This document shows, in pieces, positions 39,716 to 47,078 of a stretch of DNA of 52,311 nucleotides. Below the pieces are notes generated by a model. It was not told where the DNA came from. It did no database searches and saw nothing but the letters and a program-made list of their open reading frames with translations. The stretch is from Acidobacteriota bacterium (GTDB lineage: Bacteria; Acidobacteriota; Thermoanaerobaculia; UBA5066; Gp7-AA6): NCBI GenBank assembly GCA_046724475.1, contig JBKOVK010000317.1, positions 1 through 52,311 of the forward strand. Reading direction: 5' to 3'. Position numbers and translations under genes: made by a program. Each line of letters opens with the position of its first letter. Position 1 is the stretch's first letter.

Positions 39716-40641
39716 GAAAACGGAAGGGCCGATACGATTGCGACCCGATCCGGCGCCTCCAGGACTCTCAGAGTCGAGCCCTCGGCGACGTCGCGGAACG
39801 CGAAGCCCAAGCCGATCGGTCCGAAGCGCGGGGAAGTCGCGACACTCGTCACGTGCGCCAGCTCGTGTCCCTCCTTGGCGGGATTGAGGAAAGCGGTCCC
39901 GGCCGGCACGGTCTCGCCGGGAAAGCGAAATCCGACTAGCCGGCGCTGGAGGCGCCCGTACGTCCGCAGTCGCGCCACGATTTCCTGGCCGACGTAGCAG
40001 CCCTTGGTCGTCGAGACGGCGGCCTCCAGGCGAACTTCATCGGGGATGTTCGCGTCGCCGGCGTCCACCCCGAACCGCGGACGGCCCGCCTCGATGCGGA
40101 GAACCTCGGCCGTCTCAGGCGGGATCGCAACCGAACCCAAGTCCGACAGGATGCGCTCGAGGGCTCGTCGCGCGGAAGCGGGGGCGAGGATTTCCCCCGC
40201 GATCTCTCCTTCTCCGGGCAGCTTCACCGCGCCGTCGGGCGGCGCGACCGCCCCGGCTGCCGGGCCGTAAAGCGCCGCCCGCGCGTAGTCGTCGGTGGCA
40301 TCCCGTACCGAGGCGTTCTGGAACGCGGCGTACCTGGCCAGATGCGCGGCCGCCGCGGGGACGGCCTCGCTCGGAACGAGCAGGAGGATGCGCTCGGGTT
40401 CGCCGACCAGGCGACCGAAGTAGAGGAGCTTTCCTCTCGGCGTCAGTCCCGCCGCGGGGCGGGCCTCGCCGGGTGTAAGCCCCCGGACCTCCTGCGTCAC
40501 CTGGCCCTGCAGGAACGCGACACGCTCGGCCCCCTCGACTGCGATCACTCCGGAGCGGAACCGGTGCGCGAGGCCCTCGCGCGCCGCCGCGTAGTCGGGA
40601 GGCGCGCCGGCGCTACTTCTTGTCGTGGATGAACTGGGCAC
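39712..40641 (-). CDS. ygfZ: YgfZ/GcvT-family folate-binding protein
   Basis: G.....FLQGQ.T, RIEAG.P, signature KGCYVGQE.VAR. Start uncertain. Confidence 0.88.
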   Translation of the reverse strand: MPSSSTTRSSAGAPPDYAAAREGLAHRFRSGVIAVEGAERVAFLQGQVTQEVRGLTPGEARPAAGLTPRGKLLYFGRLVGEPERILLLVPSEAVPAAAAHLARYAAFQNASVRDATDDYARAALYGPAAGAVAPPDGAVKLPGEGEIAGEILAPASARRALERILSDLGSVAIPPETAEVLRIEAGRPRFGVDAGDANIPDEVRLEAAVSTTKGCYVGQEIVARLRTYGRLQRRLVGFRFPGETVPAGTAFLNPAKEGHELAHVTSVATSPRFGPIGLGFAFRDVAEGSTLRVLEAPDRVAIVSALPFS

Positions 40642-41065
40642 GCACGCGGACCTTGGGAGAGTCGGCGGCGTCGAGGGTGCGCATCCGGCCGGAGATCCGG
40701 TACGACTCGGTCTCGAACCCGTCGATGGTCACGCTGCGATCGCTCGAGGTGACGACCTTGCCGTCCTTGTCGAGCACCTCGATGGCGAGCTTCATCTTCC
40801 ACTTCTCGGGTCCCTTGTTGTCGGCCTCGAACTGCCACCAGATCCAGGAGTGGTCCTTGGGGTTGTTCGCCCGGGCCTTTTCGATGTCTTCCTCTTCGGG
40901 ATAGTTGCGGGCCTCGAGCGTGCGGATGGTGCACTTGCCGTAGGTGATGCCGACGTCGCCGGCATGCCGGCGCGGAAAGGGAATCGTCTTCTCGAAAACG
41001 CCTTCCTCGGCGAGGAGGCCGGCGGCGGCGAAAAAAGCGGCGGCGACGAGCGCTTTTCGGATCAT
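40613..41065 (-). CDS. Hypothetical secreted protein (150 aa)
   Basis: Signal peptide MIRKALVAAAFFAAAGLLA, beta-rich mature region, host-like codon usage, stop overlaps the ygfZ start region. Confidence 0.72.
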   Translation of the reverse strand: MIRKALVAAAFFAAAGLLAEEGVFEKTIPFPRRHAGDVGITYGKCTIRTLEARNYPEEEDIEKARANNPKDHSWIWWQFEADNKGPEKWKMKLAIEVLDKDGKVVTSSDRSVTIDGFETESYRISGRMRTLDAADSPKVRVRAQFIHDKK

Positions 41066-41104
41066 GTCGACCTCGCAGTGGCGCGGAGCGTATCATTGCG
41101 GGCC

Positions 41105-41377
41105 ATGGCCGAGCCCGGCGACACTCCCGACCTGCACGTCATCGACATCTTCATGATGTCGGTCAAGTGCGGAAACTGCGACACCTACCAGACCATCGTC
41201 AAGTTCCGGAAGGGCCCAGAGAAGAACGTCTACACGTACGAGTGCGAGAACGAGATATGCGATCCCAACGTCACCCGAACCATCGTCGAGGTCCCCAAGC
41301 ACCTCGACAACTCCACCCGGCGGGCCGAGGAGCTGCCGTACTACGCCCGGGAGGCGGAAGGGGAGAGCTCGGACTAG
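41105..41377 (+). CDS. Small putative Zn-binding protein (90 aa)
   Basis: MAEPGDTPDLHVIDIFMMSVKCGNCDTYQ...YECENEICD: CxxC and CxxxxC. TATCAT -10 lies 8 nt before the ATG. It is the 3' part of ORF 40625..41377. Confidence 0.75.
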   Translation: MAEPGDTPDLHVIDIFMMSVKCGNCDTYQTIVKFRKGPEKNVYTYECENEICDPNVTRTIVEVPKHLDNSTRRAEELPYYAREAEGESSD

Positions 41378-41418
41378 GCCCCCGGCCGGGTCTTAGGATC
41401 GCGTAGAATAGGGGCTTC

Positions 41419-41901
41419 GTGAGCCTGCATACGGCTGCGCAGGACCGGACCGGGCTGGCCCCGGACCTCCTGCCGCGCCTGAGGAAACGCCTCGCCGATT
41501 CCCCCGCCTTAGGGTGGCTGTCTCCGAGCCTCGAGGAGCTCGGGCCGGACTGGTGTGTCCTGAAACTGCCGTACCGGCGGGAGATCACGAACGGGTCCGG
41601 GACGGTGCACGGAGGGATTCTGGCGGCCCTGGCCGACACCGCCGTCGCCTTCGCGCTGTCCACGAATTTCGACGGGAAGATGGGCTTCGCGACGACGGAC
41701 CTGACCATTCATTACCTGCGCCGCGCCCGGAGCGAAGTCCGGGCGAAAGCGCGAATTCTCAAGAAAGGAAAGCGCGTCAACGTCGGAGAAGTGGACATCG
41801 TGGACGAGTCCGGGCGAGAAGTCGCCCGGGCCCTGGCCAGTTTCCTGCTGACCACCTCTTCGTTCGACTACGCGCCAGAAAGGACAGAAACCCCATCATG
41901 A
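41419..41901 (+). CDS. PaaI-family thioesterase
   Basis: N..G.VHGG.LA.LAD, T.DL.I.YLR hot-dog motifs. Confidence 0.9.
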   Translation: MSLHTAAQDRTGLAPDLLPRLRKRLADSPALGWLSPSLEELGPDWCVLKLPYRREITNGSGTVHGGILAALADTAVAFALSTNFDGKMGFATTDLTIHYLRRARSEVRAKARILKKGKRVNVGEVDIVDESGREVARALASFLLTTSSFDYAPERTETPS

Positions 41902-42851
41902 TGGACGACACGGTTCCGTTTCCTGCGGCCGAGACCGCGGAAACGGAACGCAAACCCTCCCGACGCCGCCGCGGAGGCGGCCGCCGCCACAAGGCATACC
42001 CGGCTCCGGCGGAGGAGCCGACGGCCGCTGCTCCGATTCCCGTTCCCTCGCCGTTGATCGCGGCCCCGACGGCGCCCGTCAGCGTCTCCGGCGTCCCGCC
42101 CGCGCGGGCGGCGGTCGAGCAGCGGCTCTCGCTCTTCATCGACTTCGAGAACATCGCTCTGGGAGTCCGGGACGCCCAGTACAAGAAGTTCGACATCCAC
42201 CTGGTTCTGCAGCGGCTGATCGAGAAGGGTCGCATCGTGTTCAAGAAGGCCTACGCCGACTGGACACGCTATTCCGAGTACAAGCGGGAGTTCCACGAGG
42301 CCGCCATCGAGCTGATCGACATTCCGCAGCGCAACTACTCCGCCAAGAACTCGGCGGACATCCGCATGGTCGTCGACGCCATGGACCTGGTGGCCTCCAA
42401 GGGCCACATCACGACCTTCGTCATCTGCTCGGGCGACTCGGACTTCTCGCCGCTGGTCTCGAAGCTGAAGGAGAACGACAAGGGCGTCATTGGCGTCGGC
42501 GTGAAAAACTCGACGTCCAACCTGCTGATCTCCAACTGCGACGAGTTCATCTTCTACGAGGACCTCGTCCGCGAGACCCGTGCCCTGCCGTCGATCGACA
42601 ACCTGCCCAAGAAGAAGCAGGAGGTCTTCCGGCTGGTCGTGGACTCGATCCAGGCTCTGCGCCGCGAGAACTACGACGTGATCTGGGGCTCGATGGTCAA
42701 GCAAACGATGCAGCGCAAGCAGCCCTACTTCAACGAGTCGTACTACGGCTACAAGTCGTTCTCGGAGCTGCTCGAAGACGCCGAGCGCCACGGCCTGATC
42801 ACGTTGAAGCGCGACGCCAAGAGCGGCGGCTACGTCGTCGCAGTGAATTAG
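41898..42851 (+). CDS. NYN (LabA/DUF88) PIN-like nuclease with C-terminal OST-HTH/LOTUS domain
   Basis: FIDFEN, AYADW, KNSADI.MVVDA, SGDSDF.PL, CDEF..Y, E..YGY.SFS.LLE. Confidence 0.9.
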   Translation: MMDDTVPFPAAETAETERKPSRRRRGGGRRHKAYPAPAEEPTAAAPIPVPSPLIAAPTAPVSVSGVPPARAAVEQRLSLFIDFENIALGVRDAQYKKFDIHLVLQRLIEKGRIVFKKAYADWTRYSEYKREFHEAAIELIDIPQRNYSAKNSADIRMVVDAMDLVASKGHITTFVICSGDSDFSPLVSKLKENDKGVIGVGVKNSTSNLLISNCDEFIFYEDLVRETRALPSIDNLPKKKQEVFRLVVDSIQALRRENYDVIWGSMVKQTMQRKQPYFNESYYGYKSFSELLEDAERHGLITLKRDAKSGGYVVAVN

Positions 42852-42863
42852 CGAGGACGCCGA

Positions 42864-43775
42864 CTAGGGTCTTCGCAGCACGATCCGGTCCGGCGATCCC
42901 GCCGGGCCGGAGATCGTGCTCTGGACCTGAAGGCCGACGAAGTCGGCCGCGCCCGAGAAATCCCAGATGAGATTGCGGAATCCCCGCAGCGAGCTGCCGG
43001 GTTCGGGGTGGATCGCCTTCGACAGCACGTCGGTGCCGCGACCCTGGGCGTAGGCCGGCGAAAGATACAGGTAGGAGAGGAAGCCGCTCGCGTTGATCCC
43101 CGCCTGCACCAGATAGTCCGGCTCCACGGACTCCAGCAGCACGTACGTCGTCTCGTCGGGACTGCGGCGCATGCCCTCCAGCGCGTGCCAGAAGCGCTGG
43201 CGGGAGGGGACCCAGGGCGCAAAGGGGATGAAGTCGAGCGACAGCGCGGCAGACTTCGGGGAGGCCGCCACCGCGGTCACGACGTCGCGCACGCGTCGCT
43301 GCCCGTCGGGCACGGTCATGTAACCGGCGCCGGCTCCGCCGCGGCCCGGATCCGTGAGGATGACTCCCGCGCCGACGATGTTGCCGGAGCGATCCGTCTC
43401 GACGTAGGTCTCGCGCAGGGCCGGCCGGGACGGCGTTCCCGGAATCGTCGTGGTGATCTTCCCGAACCAGCGGCCGGTCAGGTCGAGCGACCAGGGCTCG
43501 GGAGTCGCGGGAGCGAGCCCCGCGGTCTCGGCGATCGGATTACCGTTGCGGGCGCTCCAGACCAGCACTCCCGTGATGACCGCCAGAGCGAGGCCCGCGA
43601 GGACCAGCAGGTAGGGGCGCGGAGGCAGCTTCGACCAGAAGCCCGTGTCTTTGGGAGCCGGAGGAGGAGAGGGTGGCGGGGGAGCCGGAGCGCGGTCCAG
43701 TCGCTTGTGACACTTCAGGCACTGGGCAGCCGGAAGCTGCGTGAAGCCGCAGTGGGGACAGGTGACCCAAGCCAT
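42864..43775 (-). CDS. Hypothetical membrane-anchored protein with N-terminal Zn ribbon
   Basis: MAWVTCPHCG...QCLKC, Pro-rich linker, single TM helix, extracytoplasmic domain. Start ATG 43775. Confidence 0.75.
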   Translation of the reverse strand: MAWVTCPHCGFTQLPAAQCLKCHKRLDRAPAPPPPSPPPAPKDTGFWSKLPPRPYLLVLAGLALAVITGVLVWSARNGNPIAETAGLAPATPEPWSLDLTGRWFGKITTTIPGTPSRPALRETYVETDRSGNIVGAGVILTDPGRGGAGAGYMTVPDGQRRVRDVVTAVAASPKSAALSLDFIPFAPWVPSRQRFWHALEGMRRSPDETTYVLLESVEPDYLVQAGINASGFLSYLYLSPAYAQGRGTDVLSKAIHPEPGSSLRGFRNLIWDFSGAADFVGLQVQSTISGPAGSPDRIVLRRP

Positions 43776-43792
43776 TGTGCAAGATGGTAACT

Positions 43793-43877
43793 CAGTAAGC
43801 AGTAAGCAGTGAGCAGTAAGCACTCAACGTGATCAGCGACACGCTCACCGCGGACCGCTCACTGCTTACCGCTTACG
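43793..43877. repeat. Inverted pair of heptamer tandem arrays
   Basis: (CAGTRAG)x4 at 43793-43820 facing roughly complementary GCTYACY-like units x5 at 43843-43877. Confidence 0.85.
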
Positions 43878-43882
43878 GACGC

Positions 43883-44944
43883 TCAGATTTCGCGGAAGAA
43901 AAACCGGTCGAGCGTCGCCATCCGTGCCGAGAGAGCGGCGCGGTCGGGCTCCATCAGCCAAAGCGCGGCCGCGATCGAAGACGCGAGCGAGTTGCCGTCC
44001 TGCGGCGTGAAGCAGAAGCCGACGATCTCTTTCTCTCCGCGAACCGAGAGTGTGGGAGAGGCGATCACGGCCTGGGACAGGATGCGGCCGTAGTAGCCGT
44101 GGTCGCGCCCGAACGAGAAGATCTGGTTGGCCGAGCGACGTTCAGTCAGGGCGATGCGCCGGTTGGCGCGCAGCTTCGCCATGACCTTCTCCTTCGAGGT
44201 CGGCTTGGCGAGATCCATGTCGAACCACAGCGAGTGCATGTACTGCGTGTTGATTTTCATCGCCGAGGAGAAGATCGGCGGCTTCCAGCCGATCGTCGAC
44301 AGCAGGGCCGAGGCGTCGCGCGCGTGGTGCGTGCCGAACTCGGGATCGTCGTGCTTCCCGACCGACGGCGCCGGCGCGAAGCCCGAATCCTGTGAGACGT
44401 CGTTGGCGCGGCGCATGCACACGAACCGTCCCCGGTCCAGGATCCGCTCGCCCGACTCGTCGGCGCCGAGGGTCTGGATCAGGCAGGCGATGTTGTGGGT
44501 GTTGCAGGAGACGATCTGGAGGAAGCGGTCCTGGCCGGGGACCAGAGCCTCGTCGTTGATCCCCATGGCGTACATCTTGCCGAAGCCGAACTCGCTGCCC
44601 TGAGCCAGAAAACCCTTGGGACCCCGGATCTTCTCGTAGACCTTCTTGTTCTCGTTGCCGGCGGGGGTGCAGTCGATGACGACCGTGGCGCGCTCGAGGG
44701 CGGACTGGGCGTCGTGGCTGACCTTGTGCCCGAGGGCCTCGAAGTCGGCGAGCTTGTCGGGATCGACGGCGAGCCGCGCGCCGCGCTCCATCAGGTGGTT
44801 GACCTTGGCCCGCTCGGTCGTCATGGGTGTGCGCTTGTGGAACGTGACCTCGTCGACGCCCAGCGACTTCCCGAAGTCGGTGAAGAGCCCGATCAGGGGC
44901 TCTCCGATCGTGCCCGTCCCGACGATGTGGACGATCTTGTTCAT
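43883..44944 (-). CDS. Class II (archaeal-type) GAPDH-like dehydrogenase
   Basis: GTGTIG, VIDCTP, QGSE, IVSCNTH, RRAND, THH..D, T..MH, PQDG parallel the archaeal GAPDH motifs GYGTIG, IDCTP, QGGE, VVSCNTT, RRGAD, SHHGPD, TT.MH, HQES. Confidence 0.8.
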   Translation of the reverse strand: MNKIVHIVGTGTIGEPLIGLFTDFGKSLGVDEVTFHKRTPMTTERAKVNHLMERGARLAVDPDKLADFEALGHKVSHDAQSALERATVVIDCTPAGNENKKVYEKIRGPKGFLAQGSEFGFGKMYAMGINDEALVPGQDRFLQIVSCNTHNIACLIQTLGADESGERILDRGRFVCMRRANDVSQDSGFAPAPSVGKHDDPEFGTHHARDASALLSTIGWKPPIFSSAMKINTQYMHSLWFDMDLAKPTSKEKVMAKLRANRRIALTERRSANQIFSFGRDHGYYGRILSQAVIASPTLSVRGEKEIVGFCFTPQDGNSLASSIAAALWLMEPDRAALSARMATLDRFFFREI

Positions 44945-45010
44945 CCCGGTCTCCTGTTCGATTAAGGCAGGACGGCGGGAAGGATACGATGAGACGGGCG
45001 ATTCTCAAAA

Positions 45011-45661
45011 GTGACGGGAAAGATTCGAACCGTGATGTTTCCGGGCCCCGCGGGGAGGCTCGAGGGTCTGTGGAAGGAGTCCTCCGCGCACCGGCGCGGC
45101 TCGGCCGTCTTCGCCCATCCGCACCCCATGCACGGGGGCACGCTGCACAACAAGGTCGTCTACCGGGCCTCGCAAACGCTGGCCCGATCCGGAGTCGACA
45201 CGCTGCGTTTCAACTTCCGGGGAGTGGGTCTCTCGGAGGGACGCTACGACGAAGGCCGAGGAGAGGTGGACGATTTTCGGGCCGCCATGGCAGAAGCCGA
45301 GCGAGCGGCGGGGCTTCCGATGGCCGCAGGCGGGTTCTCGTTCGGGGCGGCCACGGCACTGAGGGCGGCCGCGGCCGATCCGCGCGTCGAGACGTGGATC
45401 GTCGCGGGGCTTCCGATCGCGACCGAGTCGGGACGCGGCGTTCCGATGCCCGAGGCCCCGGCGCTCTTCGTCACCGGGGAACGCGACACGTTCGGCCCTC
45501 CGCGGGATGTCGAGCGATGGCTAGGCGGCCGGCATCGCCTCGTCGTGATTCCGGGCACGGATCACTTCTTCGAGGGCAAGCTGGAGGAGTTCGGCGCGGC
45601 CGTCGAGGATTTTCTCGGAGCGCTACCCCGCAGGACCGCGCCCGCGGCCGCGCGCCCATGA
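45011..45661 (+). CDS. Alpha/beta hydrolase
   Basis: GPAGRLE, HPHP.HGGT..NKVV, RFNFRGVG.S.G, nucleophile elbow GFSFG, D, HFF. Confidence 0.9.
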   Translation: MTGKIRTVMFPGPAGRLEGLWKESSAHRRGSAVFAHPHPMHGGTLHNKVVYRASQTLARSGVDTLRFNFRGVGLSEGRYDEGRGEVDDFRAAMAEAERAAGLPMAAGGFSFGAATALRAAAADPRVETWIVAGLPIATESGRGVPMPEAPALFVTGERDTFGPPRDVERWLGGRHRLVVIPGTDHFFEGKLEEFGAAVEDFLGALPRRTAPAAARP

Positions 45662-46218
45662 GTGACGTGCCTCCGCCGCTTTCCGAGCAGGCGCGGAAGG
45701 ACCTTCTCTACCTGGCGCGCGCGGCGATCGAGGCGCATTTCTCGGGAGGACCTCCGCCGCGGCTGGACTCGGACCGGGCCGAGACCTTCGGCGAGGCGCG
45801 AGGCCTCTTCGTGACGCTGCGAAAGGCGGGCGAGCTTCGCGGATGCATCGGCACGCTCTCGCCGGACGGCGATCTGACCCGGATCGTGCCGCAGTTCGCG
45901 ATGCGATCCGCGTTCGAAGACCCGCGCTTTCCGCCGCTCGCGCTCGAGGAGCTCGGTCAGTGCACGATCGAGATCTCGGTCCTCACGCCGGCGCGCCCGA
46001 TCGAAGGTCCCGAGGACGTCGCGATCGGGCAGGACGGCTTGATTCTCGAAGCGGGACGGCGGCGCGGATTGCTCCTTCCCCAGGTGGCGATCGAGTGGGG
46101 ATTCGACGCCCTGCGGTTCCTCGACGCCGTCTGTGAGAAGGCGGGCCTGTCGCCCGGAGACTGGCGTGCGCCGGGCACGCGGCTGTGGGCGTTCCGCGCG
46201 GAGGTGTTTTCCGAATGA
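45658..46218 (+). CDS. AMMECR1 domain protein (AmmeMemoRadiSam protein A)
   Basis: G.FVTL...G.LRGCIG, A..DPRF.P, IEISVL, GLLLPQV, KAGL, F.A.VF.E. Confidence 0.92.
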   Translation: MSDVPPPLSEQARKDLLYLARAAIEAHFSGGPPPRLDSDRAETFGEARGLFVTLRKAGELRGCIGTLSPDGDLTRIVPQFAMRSAFEDPRFPPLALEELGQCTIEISVLTPARPIEGPEDVAIGQDGLILEAGRRRGLLLPQVAIEWGFDALRFLDAVCEKAGLSPGDWRAPGTRLWAFRAEVFSE

Positions 46219-46293
46219 AGGGGATCGGAAACCGGCAGAAGAAGCAGCTCGTTGCCCGAAAGGTCCGTGCTCCCGAGAGGCGCCCGCGCCCGC

Positions 46294-47061
46294 CTAAGAG
46301 CGCGCCAAAGCCGGCGAGTAGAGCAGGAGAGCCGTGGCGACGGCCGCGTTCAACGAATCCACCGGCGGACGCATCGGAATCGTGAGCTTCCGGTCGAGGA
46401 AGCGGTAGGCGCCGGCGGGAAGCCCCGCGCCCTCTGCGCCGACGACGAGGACCGACCGGTCCGACAAGGGAGAAGTCAGGGCATCCTCGCCGCCGATCGA
46501 GACTGCGCCGCAGATCGGCCGTCCGGCGGCCTTCGCGTCGGCGGCGAAGGGCTCGAAGGAGACGCGGCCGGAGACCGGAATGCGCAGCACGCTGCCGGCG
46601 CTGGCGCGAACGGCCCGCGGATGGAAGAAGTCGGCGGTGCCGGGGGCTCCGAGAACTCCCGCGCCGCCGGCGGCCTCGGCAACGCGCACGATCGCGCCGA
46701 GGTTTCCCGGATCCTGAATCCCGAACACGAACACGACCGGACCCGGGCGGCCGAGAATCTCGGCCACGGGCACGTCGCGCCGCCGCGCGATCGCGAGCAG
46801 GTGCTGCGGCGTCTTCGAGTCCGCGAGCCGCTCGAGCACCGCGCGCGAGACCAGCCGCGGATGCGCCGAGGTCAGAGCGGCGAGGCGGCCGGGCCGCACG
46901 CTGGCGTCGTGCAAGACGTGGTCGAGCGTCACGCCCGCCGCGACCGCGTCCAGGATCGTCTTCTCGCCCTCGAGAAGGAGATGTGTGCGCTCGTCGAGGC
47001 TGCGCGCAATCTCCCGGATCAGCGGATTGGACGCGGACTCGATCGCCGGCACGGCGACCAT
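46294..47061 (-). CDS. TrmH/SpoU-family RNA methyltransferase
   Basis: S..NP, TPQ, QDPGNLGAI.R.A.A.G, RASAGS, G.EG.GL, IPM...DSLN.AVA. The true start may be GTG 47052. Confidence 0.93.
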   Translation of the reverse strand: MVAVPAIESASNPLIREIARSLDERTHLLLEGEKTILDAVAAGVTLDHVLHDASVRPGRLAALTSAHPRLVSRAVLERLADSKTPQHLLAIARRRDVPVAEILGRPGPVVFVFGIQDPGNLGAIVRVAEAAGGAGVLGAPGTADFFHPRAVRASAGSVLRIPVSGRVSFEPFAADAKAAGRPICGAVSIGGEDALTSPLSDRSVLVVGAEGAGLPAGAYRFLDRKLTIPMRPPVDSLNAAVATALLLYSPALARS

Positions 47062-47078
47062 GCTATAACCCGCCCGCG

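Noticed and set aside
41898-42851. NYN protein as a toxin-antitoxin or anti-phage system
   Set aside because: No antitoxin or defence neighbours, host-like composition, and a common LabA/DUF88 architecture.
43793-43877. CRISPR array
   Set aside because: The units are 7 bp with no spacers, and no cas genes are present.
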